Assembly (NCBI GenBank): GCA_904063045.1
Contig: CAJFCJ010000019.1
Location: 3,664,684 to 3,728,683, forward strand
Direction: 5' to 3'
Length of the DNA: 64,000 nt
Source: Dimorphilus gyrociliatus
Lineage: Eukaryota > Animalia > Annelida
Of the stretch, positions 1-13,405 are shown piece by piece. The notes under the pieces were generated by a model. The model did no database searches. It saw only the letters and a list, made by a program, of their open reading frames with translations, and was not told the DNA's origin. The translations under genes were made by a program, and so were the position numbers. Within the stretch, counting starts at the first letter, position 1. Each line of letters begins with the position of its first letter.

Positions 1-2054
1 AATTACGAGTCAAATTCATTGAAAATGCGGTTAAATTTTCATACTCCTCCAAGAGGACAACGAAGTAGACGTAAGCAATTTTTACCCATTATTATGACAT
101 GTTTTGACAATACGATTGTACGTTATAAATCACCATTTTTTTTCTTTTTAGCCACACTAGAAGATACCTTTAATAATATAAGTATGAACGGAGGCACCGT
201 AAACGGTTCATCATTAAGTCAATCGCCAAGGTCGTCATCGGAAACACGAACTAGCAGTGGAAAACGACCGCAACTGAACTTGAATTTTAAATTTCCTCAA
301 AAACCACAGTACGTGTTTTTTTACCTTTTATGTTTAACCATCACGTAACACAATGTTTATATGTAAAAATTTAAGCTTAAGGTTTTCATTAAACCTTTTA
401 TTTTTAATGTTATAGCAATACACCCAAGCTATAAATAATCAATGGTTCTACTTTAGTTGTATTACTTTTTTTTCTTATTTTTATTATTATCGTTTAAACT
501 AAGACTTATATTTTTGTTTCCTATGAAGCAGACTAGAAGACGAACATGCAAATTTTCGTCAAATTACTCGAAATTCTGGATTGTTAGAAATAAATGTAAA
601 TGAGGTAAGCTCTTGATAGACGACTATTTTCTTTTGTTTTCTCTACTTTTCAGATGTTTTTAAATAATCTTATTAACATTTTCATAGAAAATTAAAGTGA
701 CTTCGGATGAATTGGTGAGCGAAGGGGAACTTGGTCACGGTAACTGTGGTCACGTACATAAAATGAGACACAAAGAAAGAGGCACTCTCATGGCCGTTAA
801 AGTAAGATAACCATCTTAAAATTAATAAACCGAAAATCACCATAAGTTTATAATTGACAGCAAATGAGAAAATCTGGTAACAAAGAGGACTTGAAGAGAA
901 TATTAATGGATATCGACATTGTAGTGAAATCCCATGATTGTAGATATATTGTAAAATGTTTGGGATATTTCATTAACGAGGTTTGTATTAAAATTGTCAA
1001 ATGTAGAAGTATAAACTTATTTATGGTCCATAGGTTGATGTATGGATCTGCATGGAATTAATGGATACTTGCTTGGACAAGTTAATTCGCAAATTAAAAC
1101 AAGGTTTACCTGAGAATATTATCGGAAAGGTGGCTGTAGCGGTAAGTTATCAAATTGATTATTACATACGAAACTATGCTAAAAGTATATACTATATTTA
1201 TAAAACTAATTTTAGACTGTTAACGCTCTTCATTACTTGAAAGAAAAGCACGGCGTGATTCATCGAGGTTCAATATTGAATATTATCTTTAGAAATGTTC
1301 TATTTATATATATTTTTAAATTATTCATTCGTATAGACGTAAAACCATCGAATATACTACTCAGTAGAAATGGCAGCATAAAATTATGTGATTTCGGAAT
1401 AAGTGGTCGTTTAGATAACTCCAAGGCAAAAACAAGAAATGCTGGTTGTGTGGCTTATTTATCACCGGAACGTATTGAACCAGTAGATCCAGACTTTCCT
1501 GTTTACGATGTCAGGGCGGATGTGTGGAGTCTTGGAATAACTTTGGTTTTTATCATAAAATTAAAACAAACACTAAAAACTAAATCTTTTATTGTCTTTG
1601 AATAGATTGAATTAGCAACTGGAAAATTTCCGTATCCAAAATGCACTTCTGATTTTGAAGTATTAAGCCATATCGTCAAAGACGATCCACCGTCTGCCCC
1701 ACGTAGCTTTTCGATAAATTTTGGTAGCTTCTGTAAAGAATGGTAAGAATCTTTAATATGCAAAATCAAATATATTTTTTCACAATAGCTGAACAAAATG
1801 ACAATATTTCCTTTCGTTACAGCCTTCGAAAGGATCCATCTGCACGGCCAAAATATCAAGCTTTATTAGTAAGTAGATATGTATAAATAGTTCAATTTAA
1901 TGCCATACATTTATTAGTAGTCAAGTTTGGAATCACTTTCTATTAATTTCAGAATCATCAATTTCTCAAATATTACGAGGAGAGGGCCGTTGACGTCGGT
2001 TCATGGTATCATGATCAATTGCAGAAAATGACTGAAATCGAAAATGGAAGCTGA
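1..2054 (+). CDS. MAP2K7: Dual-specificity MAP kinase kinase 7 (MKK7), multi-exon, begins before the window
   Basis: GT-AG spliced exons give ...LKMRLNFHTPPRGQRSR|PTL (intron 71-151), a D-site-like RPQLNLNF, GELGHGNCGHVHKM, MAVKQM, HRDVKPSNILL, DFGISGRLDNSKAKTRNAGC (MKK7-type SKAKT activation loop) and YDVRADVWSLG. TGA at 2052-2054. Confidence 0.93.
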
Positions 2055-3292
2055 AATCATCTATTTCTATCCACATTCCGATATAACGTATCAAAGAGGG
2101 AAAACGTTGTTACTTGATTGTTGATGATATGGACAGTTAACTGCTGTTTAGATGCATACAATCATTGTTTTTATCAGTTGCTTTGTCGTATGTATTCGGA
2201 TATGCATAATTATTTAAAAGTGCACCGCAGCCCGTGCACTCTTTCGAGCTAGTTAAACCGACGCTTTTTATTTTATAGAACATTTTTGTTGTCGTGTGTT
2301 TAAAAGATGCGTTACTAGATTGATTTTTGCACTACCTGCATTTTGTGTTTTAAATGATAAAATTCTTTTGTATTTTATATCATGTTATTTTGAGTGAGTG
2401 AATTCTTTGTTAATAGATATTGAGTTTGGTCAATTTCAGAGATAAAAAAAAAACCTGGTTTGTTTTATTTTTTTTTTTTTTTGGTATTTCTCAAAATAGA
2501 CAATTGTAAATCGTAAAGAAAATATGATATTTTTTACAATTTTTTTAAAAATAATTGCGCGAACTAATTGATATTTCGTAAAGAAATTATTTTACATATT
2601 TTCTATATCTGTAGAAATGTAGATATATGTGTAAAGTGGTTATATATTCACAATAATATATACCTGTATGTTTCGTATTTTAGTAGGGCTGCATACTTAA
2701 CAAGAAAACACTGTTGAAAATTTATCGTGAACTCGTAACCACATTATTGTTTATGAACTTTAACTGCATTAAGCACTCGTTACTTGGCTAAAATGAGAGG
2801 GAGAAGAGGTTTTTTCTCCTTGTTCACCTCTTTACCGGAGCATATCGAGGTTTGCTTTGAATTTTTACATAATCGCGCATATAGCATTACGATTAAAGCG
2901 AAAAGTAAATTGAAGTTTCACGTGCTCGAGTCCTAGTAGGGTACGCCATCTTCACTTTTTTGTTTAATTACCAAAAACTGTTGAATTAATAGCGCTTTTT
3001 AGCAATCCAAGTTGTTGAGGATATTGACATTATCCAAAAATCCTAAGTTTTCACGGTGATTAATTCGTAAATACTGGTAATTAATTGTTATGAATAATCA
3101 ATTAGTTCAGCTGTCGAATTCAAGCATATTACACAATAATTAACCATTAAAACTTATCACTTGAAAAACTCGAAAAAGTTTCGAAGATGTAGGCTTAGAG
3201 TAGATGAGGCTGAAATAAAATATCCAGGGCGTAGTGGTAAGACAATAGACAAACTCCGGAACACACGACAGCTTGACAGTGAAGGACAAACT

Positions 3293-6200
3293 ATGCCTTT
3301 TCGATTCTTGCGCGCAATCTTTCGAGATTCCGTCTGGGTAATACGAGAATTTATTTGTGCCGCTTCTAGTTTTAGTTATTCGAACGTTTTCATAGGAGAA
3401 GAACGACGCTAAATTTTCAAATAGAAGGCGTAGAAGATATTCCAGTGGAGATCGAGAGACTTGGAGCAGAAAAGTAGAATATTTTTTCGCCAGTTTAGGA
3501 TACGCTGTTGGATTGGGTAATATATGGAGGTTTCCGTATCTCTGCTACAGGAATGGAGGAGGTAGTACATTCAATTGAAAAAAAATCTAAAATTTAAAGC
3601 GCAAAATGGAATGAAAAACACATGCGGGAACAATATATGCCAACTTTGCATGCTTGTCCACTTATTGCTTTTACGCGGTTTTTTACTGCACTAACTTTTA
3701 AAAGTGAAAATTAACAACATAGCTACATCTTCGATTAAAATTTCGTTTATTTTTAAATGTCTTTTTTTTTCCAAAAAATAATATATATATATATATATAT
3801 ATACAAATAAACAAATGAAAACAGGAGCTTTCCTTATACCCTATTTACTTGCACTGGCTGTTGGCGGATTCCCAATTCTTTTCATGGAAATGGCTTTTGG
3901 ACAATTTGCATCACTCGGTACGATAACGATTTGGAGGATATGCCCACTTTTTAAAGGTTTGTTGAATCTTTAAATGTATTATCTATATATTTTACAATAA
4001 TTGTTTTCTTCTAACATTTTTATGTTTTTAAGATATACTTATGTTTATTAATATACATATAAATTTTATACTTTATATATAAATTTATATATATGTAGTT
4101 AAAGGGAAATAAATAGCGTTTTCATTTCTTTCTTCCATTTCTATTATAGTCATCATAAATTACTTTTTTTTATATACAGTATAGTCTGCAATTTATACTC
4201 TAGGTAAAGAACAGTAATATATGATAAATAAGAGCATAGGAGATTAATCATATTTCAGGGCTTCTTTAAACAAAACAATCGAAACTAAAATGAATTAAAA
4301 AAAACAGTGATTACATTGCTTATTATGTTCTATTTCTATTATAAGATTTATGATTATCTTTGAATTTAATTGATGTCATAAAGAAGATTTATAGAGTCTT
4401 GATTTAAGAAAATAGTCTATTTATATAAATTGCTATAAATATAAACTACTAACAGGACTTGGTTATTGCATAGTCGTCATTTTGATTCTTGTTAACACAT
4501 ATTATAATGTGTTGGTGGCTTATGCGTTGTTCTATCTATTTGCTTCAATTACGAACGAATTACCATGGGCTAGCTGTGATAATAAATGGAATACTGAATA
4601 TTGTATACTTCCTACGAACGGTAATGATTCTTTTAATTTAATTTCTTATCTCCTTCATATTTAATTTTTGACTTTTAAATTGATTTTAGAATCGCAAAAA
4701 TACTCAATGCGCAATGTTACTAATAAAAGTCTGTTTAAAACACCAACAGAAGAATATTTTGAGTAATGAAAACGAAATATTTTTACATTTATTCTCTCTT
4801 CTTCTTTTCACTTATTTTGTTTCTTATCCTCTTCTACACAGGCGTCATTTATTGAACATTAGTGGTGGAATAGGGGATGTCGGAGATGTTAAATGGACCC
4901 TTATTGTCTGCCTGGCTGTTTCCTGGTTTGTTTGTTTTGCTTGTTTGTTCAAGGGAATTAAATCAATGGGAAAAGCAGCTATATTTACAACAGCCTTCTC
5001 ATATATTATTCTAACCGTTTTGCTTATTCGTGGTCTAACCTTACCCGGTGCTTATCAGGGATTAATATATTATTTAAAACCTGATTTTACGAAATTGAAA
5101 CAACCACAAGTTTGGGGTGAAGCTGCTTCTCAGGCTTTTGCATCATTGTCTCTTGGTGCCGGTGGATGGATTACGCTTTCGTCATACAACAAATTTTCTA
5201 ATCGTTGCAACCGGGATGCTATTCTTGTTGGTATAGGGAACGCTTTAACGTCGATTTATGCTGGCTTAGTAATATTTTCCGTATTGGGCTATATGGCACA
5301 CGTTAAAGGTATTGATGAAATTGATAAAGTAACGAAGGAGGGCCCAGGTTTGGCATTCGTCGTCTATCCGGAAGGCTTATCTTTAATACCCGGAGCACCT
5401 TTTTGGAGTATTTGCTTTTTCTTTATGATGTTTACTGTTGGCTTAGACAGTCTTGTTAGTGAAAATTAAAACCATAAAACTTGTCTTTCAATTACATAAT
5501 ATTTTCCATAAACAGTTTGGTCAAGTGGAAACAATTGCTGCCGGCATAATAGATGAATATCCTGATTTCTTACGTCCAAGAAGAAAATTATTTACGCTTT
5601 TCCTCTGTTTGTTCATGTTCCTTTTAGGAATTCCTTTATCGACGCAAGCTGGAATCTACATCGTAACAATGATGGATTGGTATATACTATTATTTTCCTT
5701 ATCTATAACATCTTTATTTGAAATTATCGTCATCATTTACATTTACGGTAACTAAAGTACCACATAGATAAGACCTGATAAGATATAATTATTTTTCTTC
5801 AGGGTACAAGAAATTCTCAAAAGATATAGAAATTATGATTGGACATAAACCAGGTGTATTTTATCTCGTCTGTTGGAGATTCGCAACACCTCTTTTGATT
5901 CTAGTCAGTGTATAATCAGTATACTTATTTATAGTATTGTTGAAAAAAATATATATATATTAATATAATAATGCAAATAAGCTAACTGTATGTCTATCTC
6001 TTTTCCATAGATTGTGATAGTATTTTTGGGAGCTAATTATCGTCCTCCAAAGTATGGAAATTATGATTTACCTGTGTGGGCTCAAAATTTTGGTTTGTTA
6101 TTGGGCTTGTTTCCGATTTCCCTTATACCCATTGTAATGGTTTATCAGGTCATTAAAACTACAGGATTTACTTGTGTATGTATATAATTTAATGGTATTT

Positions 6201-6470
6201 TTACTATTAATTTATATGAATAAAAATACTCCTTAGCCCTTCTGGAAGTTATGTACGGATAAAGAATTGAACGATAAAATTGAGAAAACACTTGTTCGTC
6301 CACATTGCGATTGGGGACCTGCACTACCGGAAATTCGTCGAAAATTTTCTTATGGCCCACGCACGGATGAATTAGAAACAGATATGGATGAGATCTACAG
6401 CGAAGAAAACAGAAAAGTACAGATTGATCCCGAACCACATGAAATCCCAGAAGGGACCGTTGCCACATAA
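3293..6470 (+). CDS. SLC6 Na+/Cl- dependent neurotransmitter/amino-acid transporter (GlyT/PROT-like branch), ~10 exons
   Basis: Exons encode [88 protein letters not shown] and DWGPALPE. The start exon (3293-3337, intron 3338-3395) is inferred. Confidence 0.9.
3781..3802. repeat. (AT)n microsatellite in an SLC6 intron
   Basis: About 11 AT units seen directly. Confidence 0.9.
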
Positions 6471-7590
6471 ACGATAACTTTAAATGTGATGTTTTGTTTC
6501 CCGTTTTTTTTGTTTTTTTCCTTTTGCAGCTTTAAACTGTTTTAGCATGGTTTATGTATTGTTTTTTAAATCACAAATTGCACTATTTACATGTTTTATG
6601 TTTTACTAGATATTATTACTTCACATTTTACTAGAAACTTTCAATGACGCAAAAACAACTTATAGAAGTTGCTTTTACTCATTTCCATATGTTGTTTTGA
6701 CTTTTGCATTGATATGGAAAGCTCTTACTTTACACAGTATATATCATTTAAAATTTATATATAATTTGATGTCTATTCTATGCTCTCTTAGATCTGTTTA
6801 ACGTGAAATGTTATTGTTCCTCGATATTTCTACTTCATGCGTGTGCCTTGTGTTAAACGAAAAAAACGGAACTTAGTTTGTTTAGACTGTAAAGTGGTCA
6901 AGAACTAAAGTTTAATATTCGAAAAAGTAAAATCTTGAGATATTTATGATTGATTGAATCTCTTATTTTTATTATCATCCATTCTTCTCAGCATATTCCT
7001 AATATTTTATTAGATATCTAGCAAAAATAAGAAAGATGTAATCGTCTATGTTGGTATGCATACTATCAAAACATATATACAGTATATATCCAAATAGAAG
7101 CCTATTCGCATCGCTTATGAAAACAGGCAAAATTTAGAAAAAGTACTTTCACCTTGCCAAAGTGAATAAAGTTGATAAACTACATATATAATCTAGCTAT
7201 ATATATTTAATTCTCCTGTTCTCTATATAGTACACCATGTATTGTATATTCAAACACTCTGGATTGTATATACTATAATTGCAAGTATAGAGATAAATTG
7301 CTAAATGAGGGCAATCATTTTTTTATTGTGACATTTTGCATTCATGAAATCATTATTAAAATAATAAATAACTGGCTATTGTTTTAAATTGTTTCTTACT
7401 AGTGAATTTTTAGTTCATACCAAAAAAAAACACACTTCCCACTCAACCAAAAATATCTTCTCACAGATAATTTATAATATTTTTTTTTTACAAATTTAAC
7501 ATATTTATTAAAATAAAAAGAACATAAATCAAATCAAATCTGTACGGATTAATCGAATGTTCAACATGTGTTATTTTTCTACCTGCCCTA

Positions 7591-7601
7591 CAGATGTCGC
7601 T
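7591..7601 (+). promoter_or_regulatory. CTCF-like motif upstream of MED31
   Basis: CAGATGTCGCT resembles the CTCF core YAGRKGGCRS, and lies ~25-35 nt upstream of the ATG. Confidence 0.35.
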
Positions 7602-7624
7602 ATTTTATCTAAACTAAGGTAAAA

Positions 7625-8523
7625 ATGGCTATGCCAAGAAGCTTTTACCAAGATTCTGTTTATGGATCGGCCCATCCAACCAGTAAGCAATTCTTACTTT
7701 TTTTGGTGGTGTTTTGTTTTTACTACATCAGTATTTGGCGTAAAAGTGAAACTACATTTGATCTCAATTATTTTCCCTATATTATCGCTCACTGATTCAG
7801 ATTCAGACGATATTATTCGATTTCAAGTTGAATTAGAATTTGTTCAATGCTTGGCCAATCCAATATATTTAAATTGTAAGTATAACCCTCTAAAATTATA
7901 AATATACGATTTAGGAATTGTTAAAAAAAGCGTTTGTCATATTAAATCTATGCAATAATTTCATTTTAATTTAATTCTATTAATATAGTTTTAGCCCAGA
8001 GGGGATATTTAAAGGATCCATCGTTTATCAACTATCTCAATTATCTAAAATATTGGAAAAAGAAAGAATATGCCAAATTTATTTTGTGAGTCTTATTTAA
8101 AATACTACTTAAAAGTAGATCACTTTTAGTATATTGCGTGTTTTGAAGATATCCGCAATGCCTATACTTTTTGGAACTTCTGCAATATGAATCTTTTAGA
8201 AAGGAGTTAGGAAATTCTCAATGCGCCAAGTTTATTGAGGATCAGCAACTATTACAGGTTTGAATATGTTTTTAAACAACATAGGCATTCAATCTAAGCA
8301 ATAAATATTTTATTTATTAGAATTGATATCTAAATATTTATATCTATATATTTTATAATTGCAAATTTAAAATCTTGTATCTATTTTTAATCGATCGAGT
8401 CATTTTCAGTGGCAGCATTATCATAGAAAAAGGATGAGGACAGTTGAAGATTATGTGCAAGGATTACCACAGCCTCAAGACTTGAAGAAACCTCATCGTG
8501 TCCCTTCTACAAAATCAGCTTAA
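7625..8523 (+). CDS. MED31: Mediator subunit 31, 5 exons
   Basis: RFQVELEFVQCLANPIYLNF|LAQRGYLKDPSFINYLNYLKYWKKKEYAKFIL|YPQCLYFLELLQYESFRKEL...QQLLQ|WQHYHRKR, the MED31/SOH1 signature. Confidence 0.93.
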
Positions 8524-8660
8524 GACAATAACTTTTGAACACATTACTATTACTATTGCTACCAGTTGACCGTATTATGTTTCTCGTTTTTTTTAACAAA
8601 TAAAAGTGCGATCCTGTAACGACCTACCTTGACCTTGCAGACAGATATTACCGTTCCAGG

Positions 8661-9147
8661 ATGAACAGTTTACGCGTTTTGCAATCGCTCAGACGAGTAA
8701 TTAAACCCCAATTGTTCTATTCAACTCAAGCAGGAATAACCGAAAGAATAGATTCTATGGTAAAAGACAAAAAACTAGTTGTCTTTATGAAAGGAACACC
8801 AGAAAATCCAAGATGTGGATTCAGTAATGCTGTCGTAAGAATCTTAGAAATGCACGGTGTCGAAAAGTACGATTCCTATAACGTTCTTGAAGATGAAGAG
8901 TTAAGACAAGGTAATTGAATAAAATTCTTTTAAAATAAGTTACTTTTATTCCTTTTCAATTTAATATATTGTTTATTTTAAAGGCATCAAAGAATATTCT
9001 GACTGGCCTACCATTCCTCAGGTATATGTTAATGGCGACTTTTTGGGAGGATGTGATATTATGCTTGATCTACATAAGAATGGAGATTTAACAAAAGAAT
9101 TGTCAGATGCTGGTATAGATTCAACTCCTCCCCCACCACCTGAATAA
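8661..9147 (+). CDS. GLRX5: Mitochondrial monothiol glutaredoxin 5, 2 exons
   Basis: Basic N-terminal presequence, [39 protein letters not shown]. Confidence 0.95.
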
Positions 9148-9466
9148 TGAAGTTGATCAAGAACTTTACTCCCGTTTTGTTTCTCCTGATAAAAATATTT
9201 TGTTTAGTTATTTTTCTAATACAGAAAAATATATTCCAAAATAAGATTGTTTTGCAATTGTCGAAATATAAACTATACTTTTATTTTTGATGCTCTTCTA
9301 ACAAATATACAAGTGATTAGTTCCGAAATTATAAGAAGAAACATTTAAAGATGAGGTCAATTCGAAAGAATACAAAAATAAAAAGAATAACAGAAATGAA
9401 ATAGAAAAACAAAGTTGCGTCAAAAAAGATTTAGTGTATCAAACGGAAGCCAACTTTGAGGATTAT

Positions 9467-10414
9467 TTAAAATTGCCTAAGTGGTATAATTGTAACTTTA
9501 TCTGTTTGATCAACCGTAGCCATAACCGATTTTCCATCCCAAACGCCAGGAACCATCCAATTTAATTTTTCTCCCTGATATAAGACTATATTCTTGGTAG
9601 ATAATTCCATATTATCTTTTTCTTCTTCGATATCGTTTAAACTCCATTGTATGACTTTTCCATCATTGCCAGCAGAAACTAAATTCTCTTTGACTATTTG
9701 AACACTGGAGACCCCAACTGTGTGTCCATTTTTCAGGAGACCCTTAATAGGCAGGTGTTTCCCTTTTTTGTTACACAATAAAATACTAGAACTTTCCAAA
9801 CCGAACGCAACTATATCACCTATACACAGACTATGTATAAAAGGTGGGTTAAACACGTACTGCTGGCTTTCATTTGGTTCTAATTGCCTTGTATCTATAG
9901 AAAATAGCATTTTTGGTCTTCGGGAAAAGTTCCAACGTTTGATCATAAAATCATACCCCGCAGTCAAAATATCGTCATCTAAAAATCCCACAGTAGCACA
10001 AATGTTTGTATGGCCCTTGATGTTTCTGTAACAGCAGAATTCGGCTGTTTTAAATATGCGACAGTGGCCAGCATCATCACAAGCTCCCAATAGACTCTCG
10101 TCATCATTAAGAACTATTTGATTAATTTCATCGTTATTTGAATCCGCTGTTGCAATTGGATTGTCCAATTTTCTTAAATCCATGGAAAAAATTTTGGTAC
10201 CAGATGAAACATATAGATTCCAATCGTTCTTTTTCGAACATCGGACACTTGTTAAGTCTGTTTTACAAATTTTAAATACTTTTGGTACTTCTCCATCTTT
10301 TTCTAGTAAGCCTAATTCTCCAGAATCGCCGCACGTGATTATCTTATTGTCAAGAGTAAAGTCAATACACGCGATGTTATTTTGATGCTTCGTCGCGATA
10401 CGCATAGACGCCAT
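9467..10414 (-). CDS. WDR53: WD40-repeat protein, WDR53-like, intronless, 315 aa
   Basis: WD repeats with NNDEINQIVLN, LGACDDAG, GHTNICATV, AGYDFMIKRW, VFNPPFIHSL and GHTVGVSSV, a pattern I recognise from WDR53. Confidence 0.72.
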   Translation of the reverse strand: MASMRIATKHQNNIACIDFTLDNKIITCGDSGELGLLEKDGEVPKVFKICKTDLTSVRCSKKNDWNLYVSSGTKIFSMDLRKLDNPIATADSNNDEINQIVLNDDESLLGACDDAGHCRIFKTAEFCCYRNIKGHTNICATVGFLDDDILTAGYDFMIKRWNFSRRPKMLFSIDTRQLEPNESQQYVFNPPFIHSLCIGDIVAFGLESSSILLCNKKGKHLPIKGLLKNGHTVGVSSVQIVKENLVSAGNDGKVIQWSLNDIEEEKDNMELSTKNIVLYQGEKLNWMVPGVWDGKSVMATVDQTDKVTIIPLRQF

Positions 10415-10946
10415 GTTTTAAGAAAATATTTGTCAGAAAACTATATTATATTCAAGTATTCTTCAAAGAAATTATTATTGCTATTTTATAGAATTTGTCT
10501 GCAAGATATGGTTGCTATTCCTAAAAAATTTCAAATAGTTTGGTAGCAGTTCCATCCAATTTTAGATTGTTTCCAAAATAAAAAGTACGGATTGATTTGT
10601 TAAACATAGATCTATTAAATAAATAGAAGAAAACAGTTTTAATTCCATTTATATAACAAATCAAATAATCAAATTGTAAATTTTCACAGCTTTTCGTTTT
10701 ATATATAATTTTTCTTTATTAAATTTGGGGAAGTTTACTATAATTTCTACCTATTCCATTTATTGTTTAATATAATTAATTATCAAATATTTCCAGTCTC
10801 TTTTATGAATTTATTATTAATTTGTTTATGAACCATGCTCCTATTTTTAACCAAACTTATATTTTTATGAGGACATATGGCTCACACTGCAATCAAATCA
10901 ATGATAAATAATATATTAATTTATAAATAGAGAAAATAATTTTATG

Positions 10947-11126
10947 CGGAAGTGGTGATATATACGTTTAGAGAAAGAACATATTATTCCTATTTCATAA
11001 TATCGCAGCGTAGCTAGGTTTTTTTTAGACTGAGCAGCTACTTTGTGACGTCATTTAGCGACTTTTTTTTTCTACTTTTAGATAGCACTATGTCATTCCA
11101 ATTTAGAATCTACTTTGGCCATCTTG
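10947..11126 (-). promoter_or_regulatory. Probable WDR53 promoter: ETS, CRE and YY1-like sites
   Basis: CGGAAGT at 10947, palindromic TGACGTCA at 11046-11053, and CAAGATGGC on the minus strand at 11118-11126, clustered between the eIF5 3' end and the WDR53 ATG. Confidence 0.35.
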
Positions 11127-11927
11127 TAAACTTTTATAAAACCCTTTATAAAGATATAAGCTAACAGTTATTTCTTAAACGGTAAAGATTTTTGCGGAAG
11201 GTATCGAAGAGTGAGAGTATTTGAACACTATAATAATTTTCTTCCATTTGGTGCTGTTATAGAAAAGACTACGTTCTAAGGCAATTCCTGATAATAAATG
11301 TAGGCTATTGACTTGGTAATTGACGTTAAGAGTCAAAGTCATTTTACGAAATTTACGACAAAAGAACAGAATACCCGTAAGCTTTATTACTATGAAAATA
11401 CGCATCACTGAAAAATAACGATTTTGTTAAAACTTTCTCATTCATTGTAGATATATAAATTTGCAACGAAGGCTTTAAGAAGTTGCTTCCGCCCAACATT
11501 ACTAGATAATCAAAATCAATAGAAATAGATGTAATTGTCAAGCAATTTCGAAACCGAAATGGTGGTTAAATGGAGGAATTAAAGGGAAACGGTGTTTGAT
11601 AAACCAGACCTCAAAATTGGCATATTTCACCATGTGCTGTTATCACGTTATAGTATTTAATAATTGTGATTCATCTTTGTAATCGTGTTGTGAAATATTT
11701 TTCAAACTTTCGCAATCAAGCGTTATACTGTTTCCACATTTTAAGTGAAGTGTATTGGGATAAAGCACTAAGCAGTTAAATCAAAAGTGAAATTTCATAG
11801 AACATAGTAAATATTCGCTACAAGAATATATCAATGTGCACTAACAGCTTAACGCACGGAAAAAACACCAAAGCTTGAAATAATAATTGTTAATCAAAGC
11901 TAATTAATTATATGAATAGTTTCCCAA

Positions 11928-13248
11928 TTAAATATCGTCAATGTCAATTTCTTTATCGCCATCCTTTACTTTGATGGGCTCTGGCCTTTTCTCAACTTGA
12001 GGCTTTTCGTTGGTAAAAGCTATTTGAACATCTTCTTCGTCTTCATCACTCTCCTCTGAAGCGGATTTTAGCCAGTCAATCAAAGGTTTGGCTTTTTGAT
12101 GAATAAGCTGGGATGTTTCTTTGTCAACATATTTCTTACTGATTTTCTGATCCCATTCAAGAAGTGTATCTTCTTCCAAAATATCAGTGTCATAAGCAGT
12201 TTTAAAAATGGAAAGGACTTTTGGTAAAAGAGTTTCTCTATGAACTTTGCCAATCAGTTGCTCAAGCCCGCCTAATAGGTAACGTTGGGCTTTGGTATTT
12301 TCTTGAGTGAAGCGAAGAAGCAGAGCTCGATATTTTGGAATTTGCTTCGCAATGTTTTCGTCAAATAGTAACTCCACTAAAACGAGAGGAGCTTTATCTA
12401 GAATTTCCAATCTCTGAGCCTCGGCATATACGCTTGTTATAACAGCAGTACTACATTCGTTTAGTTGACCATCATCTCTGCGAGTTTTTACAAAATTGTA
12501 AAATATATTAATTCGGTCTTGTTCAGGTTTATCAAGATCGGCGGTACTTGTTAGTCCTTGAGCACCCATAGATAGCTGCTCTTTCATTCTTTTGGCGACA
12601 GCATCTGCGCTTGTATCATCTACCCAGTCATCATCATCGTCAGCTCCATTTTCTTCATTTGCTGAATTTCCATTTACGCTTTGATCGTTATCTTTTGCTT
12701 TACTTTTGCTAACTTTTTTATTGGGACTGGCCCCATCGATCGATTCAGGAGGATTTTTCACGATAAAAGTGGTCAATTTATGGCGCATATCAACCAGTGT
12801 TTGATGACCACAAGCTTTACAGCGTTGCTGAATTATACCATTCCTTTGTTTGACAGCTAAGTGAGTTTCAGGGTTGTCACATTCAGTGCAGAGGACGAAT
12901 TTCTTGATAAAAACATCCAAAAGATCTTGTAGCTTAGCGTCGTCATGTGATCCGTTGACGATGTAACGGTCATTTTTAAGATCAAACTGTGTTTGAGCGC
13001 CTAATTCACAACCAAAAAACTTTGTTGGATCTAAAAAGTAAAAAAAGATTAGTGTCTCTTGAATGATAAGATATCAATCCAGCGAAATACTTACAAGTTG
13101 GCGGTCGTCCTAGGGCTTTTGCGATATCAACCATATTGACGATAACAGTTTTGATTCCATTCCCTTTACCTTCGACCTTGGCTATGAGTCTAGGCATTTT
13201 ATAGCGGTAATATTGGTCGGTGACTTCGCGATTAACGTTGAGAGCCAT
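11928..13248 (-). CDS. EIF5: Eukaryotic translation initiation factor 5, 2 coding exons
   Basis: [34 protein letters not shown], zinc-finger CTECDNPET...CKACGH, C-terminal W2/HEAT domain ([14 protein letters not shown]; AKPLIDWLK). One coding intron near 13012-13094. Confidence 0.97.
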
Positions 13249-13334
13249 TGTCGTTTGTTAGATTTATGACGCAAGAATAGAATACTTAAATATCTGCCAC
13301 TACAACTTCGTTGTCGATGACTAAAGGAATTCAT
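13182..13334 (-). other. Poor-context upstream ORF (50 aa) overlapping the EIF5 CDS out of frame
   Basis: tatATGa at 13334, 86 nt upstream of the main acaATGg. It is open to TAG at 13184-13182, inside the EIF5 CDS. Confidence 0.7.
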
Positions 13335-13405
13335 ATACGATTTTGTCGGTGGTCGTCCTCTCAGCGTCGGTTTACGTGCTCGTATGTTGCACAGCGAAAT
13401 TTCTA

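Noticed and set aside
9720-10385. Plus-strand ORFs of 103 and 74 aa, and similar antisense ORFs over SMC3, GORASP, RyR and the beta-helix gene
   Set aside because: They are shadow frames of real genes on the other strand, with no recognisable motifs.
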